Notes under the pieces: generated by a model
What the model was told of the DNA's origin: nothing
The model's input: only the letters and a program-made list of their open reading frames with translations
Databases searched by the model: none
Assembly: GCA_965637545.1 (NCBI GenBank)
Contig: OZ281495.1
Location: 22,506,001-22,570,000, forward strand
Origin: Phallusia mammillata
Lineage: Eukaryota
DNA: 64,000 bases
Direction of reading: 5' to 3'
Part shown: positions 13,501 to 24,681 of the stretch, one piece after another
Layout of the letters: the number at the start of each line of letters is the position of its first letter
Numbering within the stretch: position 1 is the first letter of the stretch
Translations under genes and position numbers: made by a program

Positions 13501-16500
13501 TCTATCAATTATTGACGTCTTGTGGAAAACTTTATGGGTGGCCGAAATAGTAAACGTTAAAATAAAAAATCAACGCAAAATAAAGCACCTGTGGTCAAAT
13601 TAAGGAATAAGGTATGAATAAACAATTGATTGCGTCATTGTTCTGAGTCTGATTCGCTTTTATTGGAAATTGACATGTAGCTGGTTTTGGAATGGTTTTC
13701 AAAGCGAACAGTTTTTGTCTCTTTCGTGCCCTCCTCTTCATTGCCTTCATCCTCATCCGATGAAGACGAAGCGGAGGAATCTGAGATCCCACTTGATTCC
13801 AGAAGGATCTCGGCCATCCGGCTTTGTTCACTGTCGGGTTTATGTAAACTGCTTGAGGCAACATTGCTCTTACGTCTTTTCCGAACAACTTTACTTTCTT
13901 TGACCAAACAAATGATACACAACCTGCAAAAAGCTCAAATCATCATTGCTTTGCTTGTTAGCATCAAAAACAAGACAAAGCCTTTCAGTCTCAATACATT
14001 TTTGTAGAGTTTTTCGCCACATGTTACCTTTTGTGCAACCAATATTCTTTGTTAAAGCTAATTCAATTTGTAGCACAAAATGTTTGCATATAACTAACGG
14101 CACGTCTGGTTTTGTGTCAAAAGAAATTGCCAATTATTTCTTACCTGTGTAAGTCTTCATAACATTCCACGCAGTAGACAGCTTTGCATCCGAATGTGGG
14201 GCAACGAACAAAAAGTTCCGAGTGCTGTTTGCCCCCAGCGAGTCTACAAACGTTGCATCGAAAACGAGTCCTGCCACTGACACATCGCGCACACCACCCG
14301 AGAATCTGGTGCAAAAAGGTGTTTATAAACAATATGTTATTAAACACAAATAAAATGAAGAAAACAACAATTTTATTACTGTAAAAATAAATTAAAAGAG
14401 ATTTTGACCAACCCCACGTCGATGAGAGAGGCGCCCTAAGAGACTATTCTGATCATCTGCCTTGCTTTGGTTAACTTTGCAGCATGCACGTTTGACTGCG
14501 TTAACCAAGCCCGCTTGAGCACCTAGAAATGTGAACGTGCATCATGCTAGAGAAGCACTGTGCTGTGGATTTAAAGAGTTAAACCTACTTAATCCTCGAC
14601 TAGATAGAATCTTTGCCCTCAGAAAGAGAATGCGAGCTTTCTCACGCTTCGGATAAAACTTGGTCATGATGACCCGACGAAGGCGAAGAATGTATGATTC
14701 AGTCAGGCAAATGAGATATAACATGACAAATAGTGATATTATGACGGCGTAATTCTTGTAGTCCGGTGGTCGTGGATTCGGAAGACAATTCTCAATCGAA
14801 AATCCGTATCCTTCCGAGCTAGCAAGGCGCTGCATGGCGCTTGCAATCGCCCTACAAAAAATCATAAAAATATTAAAAACCTGTGGTTTTACGCGCATTG
14901 AGAAGACTTTTCAGTGTGTTTTCCACCGTCTACGACAAACATTTTCAGGTAATTTTTTTACCTGTAAATAATGGACAAAAAGCCATATCCTCCTATCGCT
15001 AAACCAACGAGCTTCGCGGCAATTTCCTTTCCCTGTCCATCAAATGATTCTCCCATTACAGTACTTGCACCTTTTGTAAGAGCTTTTTCAAGGAGTGTAC
15101 CAGCTTGACGGCGTAAGGAAAGTGACACAGCCATCTCGTGGAGAAGCCACCAGAGACTGTAGTCCACAAATAAGACCGCCGCAGTATAGAATGTATGAAA
15201 TGAAATCGAGCTAAACCCTTTGGAAAACTTTTTCACTTCAGCACGGGACATCCATATTCTTGACAAGGGGAATACATACAGTCATTTATCTTTTTCTGTC
15301 TGTTTTATGTGTTTTTTTTTTAAATAATACTTACCTGCTTGGGCTTATGAACTTCGAATTTTCTTTCGCTCTGAGAGGAAATACGGAAATTCCACTGGTT
15401 TTTCTTCTCTTTTTATCCAGCCTTTCCAGCTGATCCGTCACATAGCAGTTGTCGAACTCAATGGAAGTCAAATATTTGTACCTGGTAGTGTACAAAATTA
15501 TCATAAAAAGCTCAATTAATGTAAAAAAGATATTTTTACAGTTCGTGTTACGTGTTACAGTTCGACATCAATGGCCTATTAAACCACGCAATTCAAAACC
15601 GTTTCACAGGCCGCTTTAGCGCAAACATTTCACACCACACAAACCGACATACCTGTATTTCACTGCTTTTAGAATGACAAAAAGTGTCGAAAATAACATT
15701 GCGAATCGAGCCCACGCAAATATATCAGTGATGCCGGAGATTGTTTCCCGAATTTCGGCCAAGATGTCGCTTGTAATTTCGGAAACAGTTTTCGATGAGT
15801 TTACTTCGTAACGAAACTCATGCGAAAATGACATGTTAAATTCGAACTCTTTCTAAAATCAAAAGATGCTAATTTTAAGGTGCAAAGTTTTCACGCCACT
15901 TAACTCTGTGTAACCTACCTTGACCTGTTTAATCGCATCTTTTACAGGGTCTGTGATTAATTTCTTTGCTTGTTTTGCTACAAAGTTGGGAATGATGCAA
16001 AGGAAGGCACCAAGTTTGTCGCTACAAACATCACCCATGTTTCGAATAAAATCGTTCATGTGGCGAATCACGTCGGCTACCGACTGCAACTTCTCAGCAA
16101 ATTCGTAAAAGGCTTCTTCAGCCGTCTGCATAAAATACACAAAAAGACGCTTGCAAGTTAAAAACTGATTGTGGCATTAACTTTATAATTTTTATGGGGG
16201 TGGCAGTTTTCCATTTAAGTGTGCTATAATTTAGCTGTTCCTGTGTATTATTTACAAACCGCAACCGATAATTTAAACCACAAATCAGAAAATACCTCCA
16301 CCCCGTCTGCTATTGTATCTATTGTATCTTCCATGGTAGAAAGAATTGCATTTTGCCCGTTGTGCACAAGCGCTTGTAAACCTTGTGTCATATTGTATCC
16401 AAGTTCGTCGCCACACGTCAAAGACCTTGAAATCTGTTTGTAGTTGTGGGCGATATTTACCGAAGGCCCAGTGAGCAGCAGCATAAGTGCAAACGCCAAA

Positions 16501-19500
16501 ATTATGCCCCTATCAATAATTTAAACAAATCTTTAAAAGTTTGTCAAGTCTAATGTCAAATATGTAACCTCATACAGTAAGGATAAACAAGCACAAAGCA
16601 TTTAGATTATCAACTGGTAAAAAACATAGCTTAACATGCTTTATCAGACATCTGAAATGACTTTACACACCTTCCTTTACTTGTACAAAATGTCGGAAGG
16701 AGCAGAGCCACAACACATCGCACAGCTTTAGAAAACGCCATGCCAACAGCAACGGGAAAGCCAATGATTCCGCTCCACCATATTGCTTCATGGGCTTTCC
16801 ATTTGCTGTGATATGTCATCAACAGATAAAAAGCTTGACTGAGAGCTAAGCCGTACAGAAATCTTATGACCAGAACAATCAGCCACTCGTTGTAACGGTT
16901 TTCTGAATCATCAGTTAGATCATCTTGTGCACCCCACGATCTTTTTCTCAACATAAGTCGCCTGTGGACAAACACATTGGTTCCAAGACTTCTAAAACAA
17001 ACAATAAAAAATACACTTGCTTTTTTATGTCCTCTGCGCTATCAGATGACCAAGTCGATGAGGACAATAGCGATTCTTCGTCTTCAAAAACATTTTCACT
17101 GTTACCTTTGCCAGTAAGCCGTCCCCAAAAACCCTGAAAGGTTGCTTTGATGCTACCAGCACCACCCAACGCCGTGGACGCTTGATCGTGCGTGTTGACC
17201 AAGCCGCTGCTAATATTTCCCATCTTAACTCAAAATTGCAACTGCCTGACGCTATAGGGACATTTTCAAAATACTTGCCAAAGCTCACTAAGGTTGCAAC
17301 TACAACGAAACTGTCTTTATTAACTGAACAAAGGGTATTGTTCTTGTAAAGGTCTACTCATAATTGTTTTAGCGCAGTAAACCGTAACGAAACATATTTA
17401 TACAATGTGCAGGGCATACCTCTGAGGTGGCATATGAACGATTTTCCACATGCATTTCTCGTCGTGTTTCGCATTCAGTGTGGAGAGTGGATTCAAAGCA
17501 TGTGGCGATGTATGCATTCAGTTACAGAGGAGGGTTCAGTTGGTCTTTTTCCAGTTTGTCTCTTTGTTTTTCTTGGAGTGGTAGTTGTTGGAAATTTAGT
17601 GGTAAGTATTTAATTTATTTTAATATCGACAGATATTACAAGATTTTACGGTTTTTAGAGTATGTTTCTTTATACCGACAGGTTTTAAATCTTTTTCTTG
17701 CCTTACTGCTAAATTCCTTCAGCGGAGAGGCGCTGAAGAATGGCAGTGGAAAAAAGAAAAGCGCCAAGCAATTTTTTTCGTCAATTAAACAAGTGGGGAA
17801 AAAGGTGAATTTTCATTTTTTTACTTTACCACTTGGTGCAATCGGTTGTTTTATGTTTTGCTGACCTACTTTCTCAGGCGTTTCCGAAGTTGCAGAATAC
17901 GACAAAACGCAAGGTGGCGCCACAAGAGAATATTGTCAGTCCAAGTTCAAACAACGACAAAGAATCATCAAACGGTTTTAATACAAACCTCCAAAATAAA
18001 TCTAATCCATCCTCGGTAAATTTGCCAATAGCCTACATATAGTTTGTTTATTTAATAGAAAGTCAGTGTAAACATAAAAAAAACGAACCCAAATGTGCTA
18101 AAGCTAAATGATCATAGTTATCTACAACAATTTTTGGTACCTGTTTTCTTTATCAGGTGAAAAGTGGGTTTTCCATTGAAAGTGACAGGGACTCGAGAAA
18201 AGATGACCAAACATTACTGAACCACGCAAATAGTGTTAACGCAAAGTTGGAAGGAACTTACAAAAAGGAGGGCCATCCCGTTTTGCGTCGTGCAGACAAT
18301 GGTTCCAATAATGTAAGCAATTTTAGGCGACCTGATTGTAATTTCTAAGAAGGTCGGGCGTTTACGTGTTTTTTGGTCCATCAGAACTCAAGCTTGACCC
18401 TAAACACAAAAGTGCTTTCTGAGGAAACAGTACAAAGCTGCCAAAGTAATGAATGTAGTAGTTTCATAAGTCTAAAGCCGTCAAGAAGCTCTACGTGGTC
18501 AACCCTGTACAGCAAATTTTGCGGCAAAAAAACATCGACTTTCAGCAAGAGGTGGTCATCATTTCGCTCAATGATGAATCGCATTGTTCAGCACTCCGTG
18601 TTCGAGTATTTCATCATTTTTGTTATTTTGCTGAGCAGCGTAGCACTGGTAAGTGGCAGAAAAGTCGAGTAGTGTTGACAAAACAGAAATATAAATTATT
18701 GATAACCTGTGATTTTCCAGCGGACCACCTGGTTCAACTTTGACCGCGTTAAAGGGATTTTTTATCAACGATAATTGAATTTGCACAATCTTCTTTATTG
18801 TGAGTTAAATAAGAAAACAATCAGTCACCCTCTCTAGGCAGCCTGGAACTTAACAAACTGAAGACCAATCACACATGTTACACTCTTGAAGGTTTTTGAC
18901 GACATTTATCTGCCTGAGAAGCCCAAGATGAAGCAGATTCTCATGATATTCGATCGAATCTTTACAATCATATTTTTCGTGGAAATGATTATGAAGTGGA
19001 TTGGCTTTGGCTTGAAGAAGTACTTCACCAATGGCTGGTGTCTGCTGGATTTCTTCATTGTGTTGGTAGGAAACCGCAACGTCTTTGTTTCGTTGTCAAA
19101 CGCTAAAAAGTATATGTGGTCTACATTGATCGATATACTTTCCCGATGCCGTTTTCTCTATATAGCTTATAACATCTTGTGTCTGTCACTAGTTCACATT
19201 TCCTAAAAAAAACATTGGTATTGTCCGATCCTATAAACACTTTTCTTGTTTTTCTACATCAAGGTTTCGCTGATATCATTGACCCTGGAAATCATTGCTT
19301 CGCAAACTGGTCTAAACAACACTGACCTTTCGTTTCTGCGCGTTTTACGGAGTCTGAGAGCGTTTAGACCACTAAGAGCAATGTCTCGTTTTCAAGGCAT
19401 CAAGGTAAACAAACGAGCTTATTCCAAAAATACTGTAATTTATAACTTATTTTGAATGCTGTTTCATAGGTGGTCACTGACGCTTTGTTTCGTTCCATTC

Positions 19501-22500
19501 CGTCTATTGTCAATGTGTTCGTGATTTGCCTAATTTTCTGGCTAATTTTTGCGATCATGGGCGTCAACTTTTTTGCTGGTAAAATGGCTGCGTGTCGGTG
19601 GAGGGAAACAGGAGAGAAGGTTTGGCACCCTAAAGACTTCGAAAGGTATTTGTCCAATATTGCGTTAGTTAAAATGTAAACTGATAACTAAGTTCATTGA
19701 AGTCTTGCGGGTCGCGAGTGGTGAAACATTAAATGTTGGTTTGTAGGTGGCCTGATTTGCTTAACTATTACGAGATGCCTCCTATCAACGTCACAGACAG
19801 AGCAAGTTGCAATTGCTTGGCAGCGTTGACTGGAGATAAAGTGTACTGGAAAAATTTGGAGGTCAATTTCGACAACGTTCTAATCGCTTACGTATCTCTT
19901 TTGCAGGTGAGTTCTACACAACTAATATTATGATTAAACATGTTTGATTTTGCTTCTTGCCAAACTTGGACGCGTACGTAATGGGTAGCCTACATACACC
20001 AGTGATATGAGTATGCATTTAGCCTCTTCTAAAGTACCTTCTTCAGTTAACGTAACAGTTCTATGTTACAACGTTACTACATTTCACTCATTCCACATAC
20101 AGGTTGCAACTTTCAAAGGCTGGATGCCCATAATGTATGCTGCAGTAGACTCTCCGGAAAACATCGACGAACAGCCAATCAGGGATAACAACGTGGCCAT
20201 GTATTTCTTCTTCGTGGCATTTATCATCTTTGGAGCCTTCTTTACGTTGAACCTGTTTATCTCGGTGGTTATTGACAATTTTAACCAGCAGAAGAAGAAG
20301 TTTGAGTTTGCTGGAGCAGAACTGTTCCTCACCGACGTAAGTCAAAACAATCCGTAATATTTAAAAAAGGTCTAATGTATAGCCTATGCAATATCAACGT
20401 ACGTAAGTGCTATGAAGCCGATTCATCGTGCCTTGCTGCTTTATCGATCATATCACAGCAATGTATCACATTTTTAAACGTAAACAGAGTCAAAAAAAGA
20501 TGTACAGCGCTATGAAGAAGCTGAAAGCAAAGTTTCCAAGCAAACTGCTCCCTGTGCCCAAAGCCCAATGGAAAGAGCGTTTGTACCTGTTTGTAACTGG
20601 CGACAAATTCGAACTAGCTGTCATGGTGATCACCATTCTCAATCTTGTTGCTATGGCGATGGAACACGAAGGGATGTCACCGGGTAATTTTGATATTTCT
20701 TGCTTGTTCCTTAGAGAAATTAATTAATGATTGTTATGTTTTTGTCAGATGAAGTCAACGCAATGCAAATAATAAGTTATATTTTTCTGGCCATATTCTC
20801 TTTCGAAATTGTGCTTCGCCTCATGGCTATGGGTTTGTCTTATTTCCGAGTTCCCTGGAACATTTTCGACTTTCTCATCATTTTCGGATCGTTGCTAGGT
20901 GAGTAATTTTTTCGAATTCCCATAGTAGTTTATTAACTTCACCTGAAGGTTGAACCTTATTTTTAGCATCACTCCAACACATATTCATTAGTATTTGAAC
21001 GACAATTTCGTGCTAGCTGCACCTTCTTCCGCTTGTATTAACCATATTAACTATTGTGTGACAAATCTGAAAATATACAACCCTAAAAGTGTTTATTTAA
21101 TCAGTAACACAATATATTTAACAACGGTTAGGCATAGTTTATGCTAAAAACGTCAAAGTCTTTGTTGCATCATAATAATCTGTCGACTTTAATCTCTTTA
21201 CAGTTAACGTCATCAACCTGGGGTTGCAGACGTACAGCGGTAGTGACGTACCCATTGTGCCTACGTCGCCATGGTTACCGATGCTTCGAATGATTCGGAT
21301 AGCCAGAATCCTTAGGATCGCCCGGGTAGCGAGTGGCATCCGCACCCTGCTATTTGCCTTAATGCTGTCAGCTCCCGCTTTAATCAACGTGGGGAGTCTC
21401 TTGTTTCTCTTCATGTTCATCTACGCGATTTTTGGCATGTCACAATTTAGTCACGTGGAAAAGAAAGGCGCACTCAATGATGTACTCAACTTTGAGACTT
21501 TCCCCAACACTTTTCTGTTACTTTTTCAAGTAAGTTTGCGGTCAGCTAAAGAATTTCTTTTGAATAATTTTAAGTTCAGCGCCATGAAAGGCGATGCGCC
21601 AAACTGATAAGAATAAATAAAAAAAACTCGGACCTCGTGAAAACTTGAATGCCACAGACCAGAGTTTATATCAAACCAAGTGTGTATAGGCTAATTTCAA
21701 ACATTTTTTTTATGATTTATATGAGCTGTTTCGTCTGACGGAGCATCACTGCTGCACGGAAAAATCACACAGATAAAATCAATAATTTCACATTTCATCG
21801 CATTTTTCTGTGGTAGATGTCAACCTCAGCAGGATGGGATGGATTCATGGAACCGACATTATACGTGGACGGACCAAATGCAGAATGTTCACCGGGCGAA
21901 AACGGGGATAAGGGCACCTGTATGAGCACTACTTTCATTGGATACTTTTATTTTGTGAGGTATACTGTTTTTATTTGAAATGTTTTAACGCTATTATACA
22001 CTGATTTTCTATCCGAGGATTGTTTTCTCAGCCAAACGTTCTTTAAGTTTCGCTATTTCATTTTGCAGTTATTTACTTATTACGTTTGTAATCGTGACGA
22101 ACATGTATATTGCAATCATACTGGAAAACTTCGATCTTGCAACAAAGGACAATGAGGAAGCGTTAACAGCTGACGACTTCGAGCATTTCTTTGACATGTG
22201 GCAAAGATATGACAAAAACGGCAACGGAAAGGTTTGTAAACTGGACCACATGAAGCCCAAACCCGGGTTGCCCTTGCTTCCGAAAACTGTGTTTGTTGCT
22301 CGGCAGACGTTAACCTAATGTTCCTGGTAACGTCCTAAAATGAGAATCATTGGTTTCGAACCAAAATTTAAATTATGGCGCATATTTCATGGGACACTTT
22401 CGCTTTGCAACAGGCGAGTTTCGTCATCAAAACATACCATTCAAATTTCATCAATACGATTTGGTCACACAATTCGGTACGTGATACAGTACTGTTTTTT

Positions 22501-23483
22501 TAGCTGACGGTGGATCAACTGAGCGACCTTCTTCATTACATCGATCGGCCGATTCAGATCCGCCAACCTAACAAACATCAAATCGCAACGATGCGCATCC
22601 CAATGTGCGAAGGATACAACCTGCAAATTCTCGATGTTGCTTCAGCGTTACTGAAAAAAATATTGGGTCAGCAAAAGTTTTTATCATTATATTCCAGTCA
22701 TTTTTTGTCTGTGCTATATGTAGCCTAACATACCAAACCGTCTATCAAATCATTTTTACAGGGTCAGAAGGACTATCGTCCGAAATGGAAGAGGAATTAA
22801 AAGCCTACTACAAGCGCAAGAAGATGTCACCCTATGACTCAAAACACGTGACCGATACCTACAAGTACATCGGAAAACATAAATCTAGGAAGTGCTCAGA
22901 AAGAAACACCACGTCAAGTGTGATGCGGTTGGCCAAACTTGTCCGTGACAACCTTGTATATTTGCCGACGGGAAGGTCACCATCCACAAGCAACGTGCAG
23001 AGCACAGCGCGCAATAGTCGCGGCGAGTTCAAGGACACCCAGCGCTGTAACGTCACACGCGCTGATGTACATCGCGAACCTGAAGTAATCCTTAATGCCA
23101 ACAGCGACCAGAGCAAGGTTGCTAACCTGGTGCAACCAACGTACGACTATCTGCCTCAAACATTGACTGTGGAATCCACGTACGAAAAAAGGGCCAGTTT
23201 AGCCGTAGAGCACAGTTCAATGCAGCAACTGCCGACAGCTAACCACTTCCCCGCGACGAACATTAAGGCAGAAAGCAGCAAAGCAACTAAATCTGATTCC
23301 GGGCATGACACTGCATGTTTGCTGAACAGTCGTTCCCAGTGCATAGTTCGCACTAAGGAGACTAAAAACTTACGTGCAAGTATAGCCGACGCGACATCAG
23401 CGGATGAACTTAAGGCAATATCTGGTGATGTAGTTATTCACATGCCCGAGGACGTTGTAGGTTTGTCCACGGGGGTTAGTTAA
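1598..23483 (+). CDS. Nav1: Voltage-gated sodium channel alpha subunit, Nav1-type (DEKA), ~1970 aa, 31 exons
   Basis: Hand-spliced GT-AG exons, all phase-compatible: 1598-1669 (tentative), 3871-3987, 4319-4536, 4737-4865, 5988-6106, 6174-6363, 6966-7088, 9902-10228, 10699-10856, 11199-11356, 11620-11753, 11904-12087, 12419-12607, 12844-13020, 17413-17601, 17682-17804, 17878-18015, 18157-18312, 18385-18648, 18892-19065, 19264-19404, 19470-19645, 19747-19906, 20103-20336, 20488-20683, 20749-20898, 21204-21529, 21817-21959, 22069-22231, 22504-22666, 22762-23483. Four 6-TM repeats with Arg-periodic S4 segments. Pore loops QDNWE / CGEWIQ / FKGWMP / SAGWDG give D-E-K-A. III-IV linker [23 protein letters not shown] at ~23525. 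The first exon is the least certain. Confidence 0.96.
3335..3392. repeat. Short tandem duplication (28-bp unit, 30-bp period)
   Basis: agtttgtatgatttgcaaactgaactgt occurs at 3335-3362 and 3365-3392. Confidence 0.9.
5587..5820. mobile_element. hAT (Charlie/Buster-like) MITE, copy 1
   Basis: Ends catgggtcgacaacc ... ggttgccgaccactg. Flanking 8-mers gtttacgg / gtttacag (7/8 TSD). Homologous to copies at 38014 and 58854. Confidence 0.88.
7575..7596 (-). promoter_or_regulatory. AU-rich element cluster (5 overlapping AUUUA) in the predicted 3'UTR of the nested secreted-protein gene
   Basis: Minus strand reads TATTTATTTATTTATTTATTTA about 70 nt past the TGA at 7663. Candidate minus-strand AATAAA at 7221-7226. 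Could also be a neutral (TAAA)n microsatellite. Confidence 0.55.
7663..9248 (-). CDS. Nested antisense 5-exon gene encoding a 201-aa secreted, 6-cysteine, predicted helical protein (interferon/class II cytokine-like candidate)
   Basis: Exons 9248-9084 (55 aa), 8438-8307 (44), 8239-8192 (16), 8089-7979 (37) and 7812-7663 (49 + TGA). All four introns are GT-AG and phase 0 (donors GTATGA, GTAAGA, GTAAGT, GTAAGT; acceptors TTTCAG, TTTTAG, TTGCAG, TTACAG), with no internal stops. Signal peptide [20 protein letters not shown]. The gene model is well supported; the family assignment is inference. Confidence 0.85.
9367..9373 (-). promoter_or_regulatory. TATA box of the nested secreted-protein gene
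   Basis: TATAAAA on the minus strand ~120 nt upstream of the ATG at 9248. A kB-like GGGAAGTACC lies further upstream at 9433-9442. Confidence 0.55.
13635..17223 (-). CDS. DC-STAMP domain protein, DCST1/DCST2 (sneaky/SPE-42)-like, ~798 aa, nested antisense in a Nav intron
   Basis: 11 phase-compatible exons: 17223-17015, 16961-16671, 16509-16260, 16125-15919, 15852-15653, 15481-15335, 15258-14962, 14851-14589, 14495-14413, 14305-14145, 13923-13635. Family motifs [48 protein letters not shown] and a C-terminal Cys-rich RING-like tail (CNVC...[14 protein letters not shown]...CIIC). DCST1 versus DCST2 not resolved. Confidence 0.92.
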
Positions 23484-23750
23484 TAGTTTGATAATAATCC
23501 TATTTCTCAGTTTCGCGAGCATAAAATAAAATCTTGTTTGGTACACGTATCACACCTGTTTTGCACGCACATGCCATGTTACTGTATTTATTGCTCTTAG
23601 CACATGCAGGTACACATTAGGAAAATACCACAGTCAGCGAGAACCATTTTAGTTCGTAGTTAAAGACTGAATTTGTGAAAAAAAATAGGAAACAAATATA
23701 GCAATCTGGCCATAATCAGACCCAACGGAGAAAAGGCGTGCGTTATTATT

Positions 23751-24681
23751 TTATTGTTCGATGTTTTCAATGCAATTTAGGTGTTGCGGGGCTGAAAAGG
23801 AGGCCCGAGTAAGTCTACTGTTAACTTTAACTGAGTTTTGATTGATATCCACCAGGGGCGGGAGCAGAAGCGACTCCTTGTCACTTTCGCTATCATTAAA
23901 GTCGTTCTCCGAGTGGCGGCGAACAAACGATTTGATGGGAGGAACACACAAAGTTGGCCCAGATACTTGAATGCTGTGTCGGCGATTCGAACGAAACCCG
24001 TTGGGTTGTGGGGCATTTGTGATCGCCGTAAATGTCACAAACTCATCTGTGTTAGTTAGCGGTAAAGAAGCGTCTGTTTTACTATCGTCAGACACCTGGT
24101 CATTTCCATTTATCGTTTCGGGACCGAAAAACCCGCCTTGTGCCTCAAGTGAGCCAATGTACGAATTCAAATTGCTTACACACTGCCGGAGTCGCGCTTG
24201 TTCGTGGTAAACCGGAGGAAAGCTGACGCTCTTGGATCGTGGTCGATTGGCTGCAAGTGAAGGAAGTGAGCGTGTGTGGTGCATACGACGTTTCAGGGCA
24301 GCCCGCTCAGCGTCAATGTTTCTCTTGTGACCCAACTCAAAGAGCTTTCGGTCGACATCGACCTGGTCGACCTTTGCTAACCCGATATTGATGTCTTTAG
24401 TGGTTTTGGTTGCCCAAGATTTGTCTCGTATAAGCAACGCGTCGTAGCCCGTGCGCTTTCGGACTCGAGTCATGGCGTCGAAAGCGTTCATAATCCGTGG
24501 ATCATCTTCTGCCACTGTGTGATCGCTTAGAAACAAATCGGCGCTGATTGCGCGCTTATGTCCATTCCCAATTCTGCAAAAAGTTCACAAAACTTAAAAC
24601 TCCACACTAAAAATTACCATAAAATATAGGCTACAACAAATACACGGCAACGTTGATGGCACTTAAAAGCACTGACCTCAT
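23751..24681 (-). CDS. Uncharacterised ~275-aa Ser/Arg-rich, probably disordered protein
   Basis: An 823-nt open exon 24573-23751 follows a tttttgcag acceptor. An upstream ATG-AG|GTCAGT (24681-24677) joins it in frame (MRIGNGHKRAISADLFL...). No domain recognised; several RRxS/RxxS motifs. Convergent with Nav. Confidence 0.65.
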
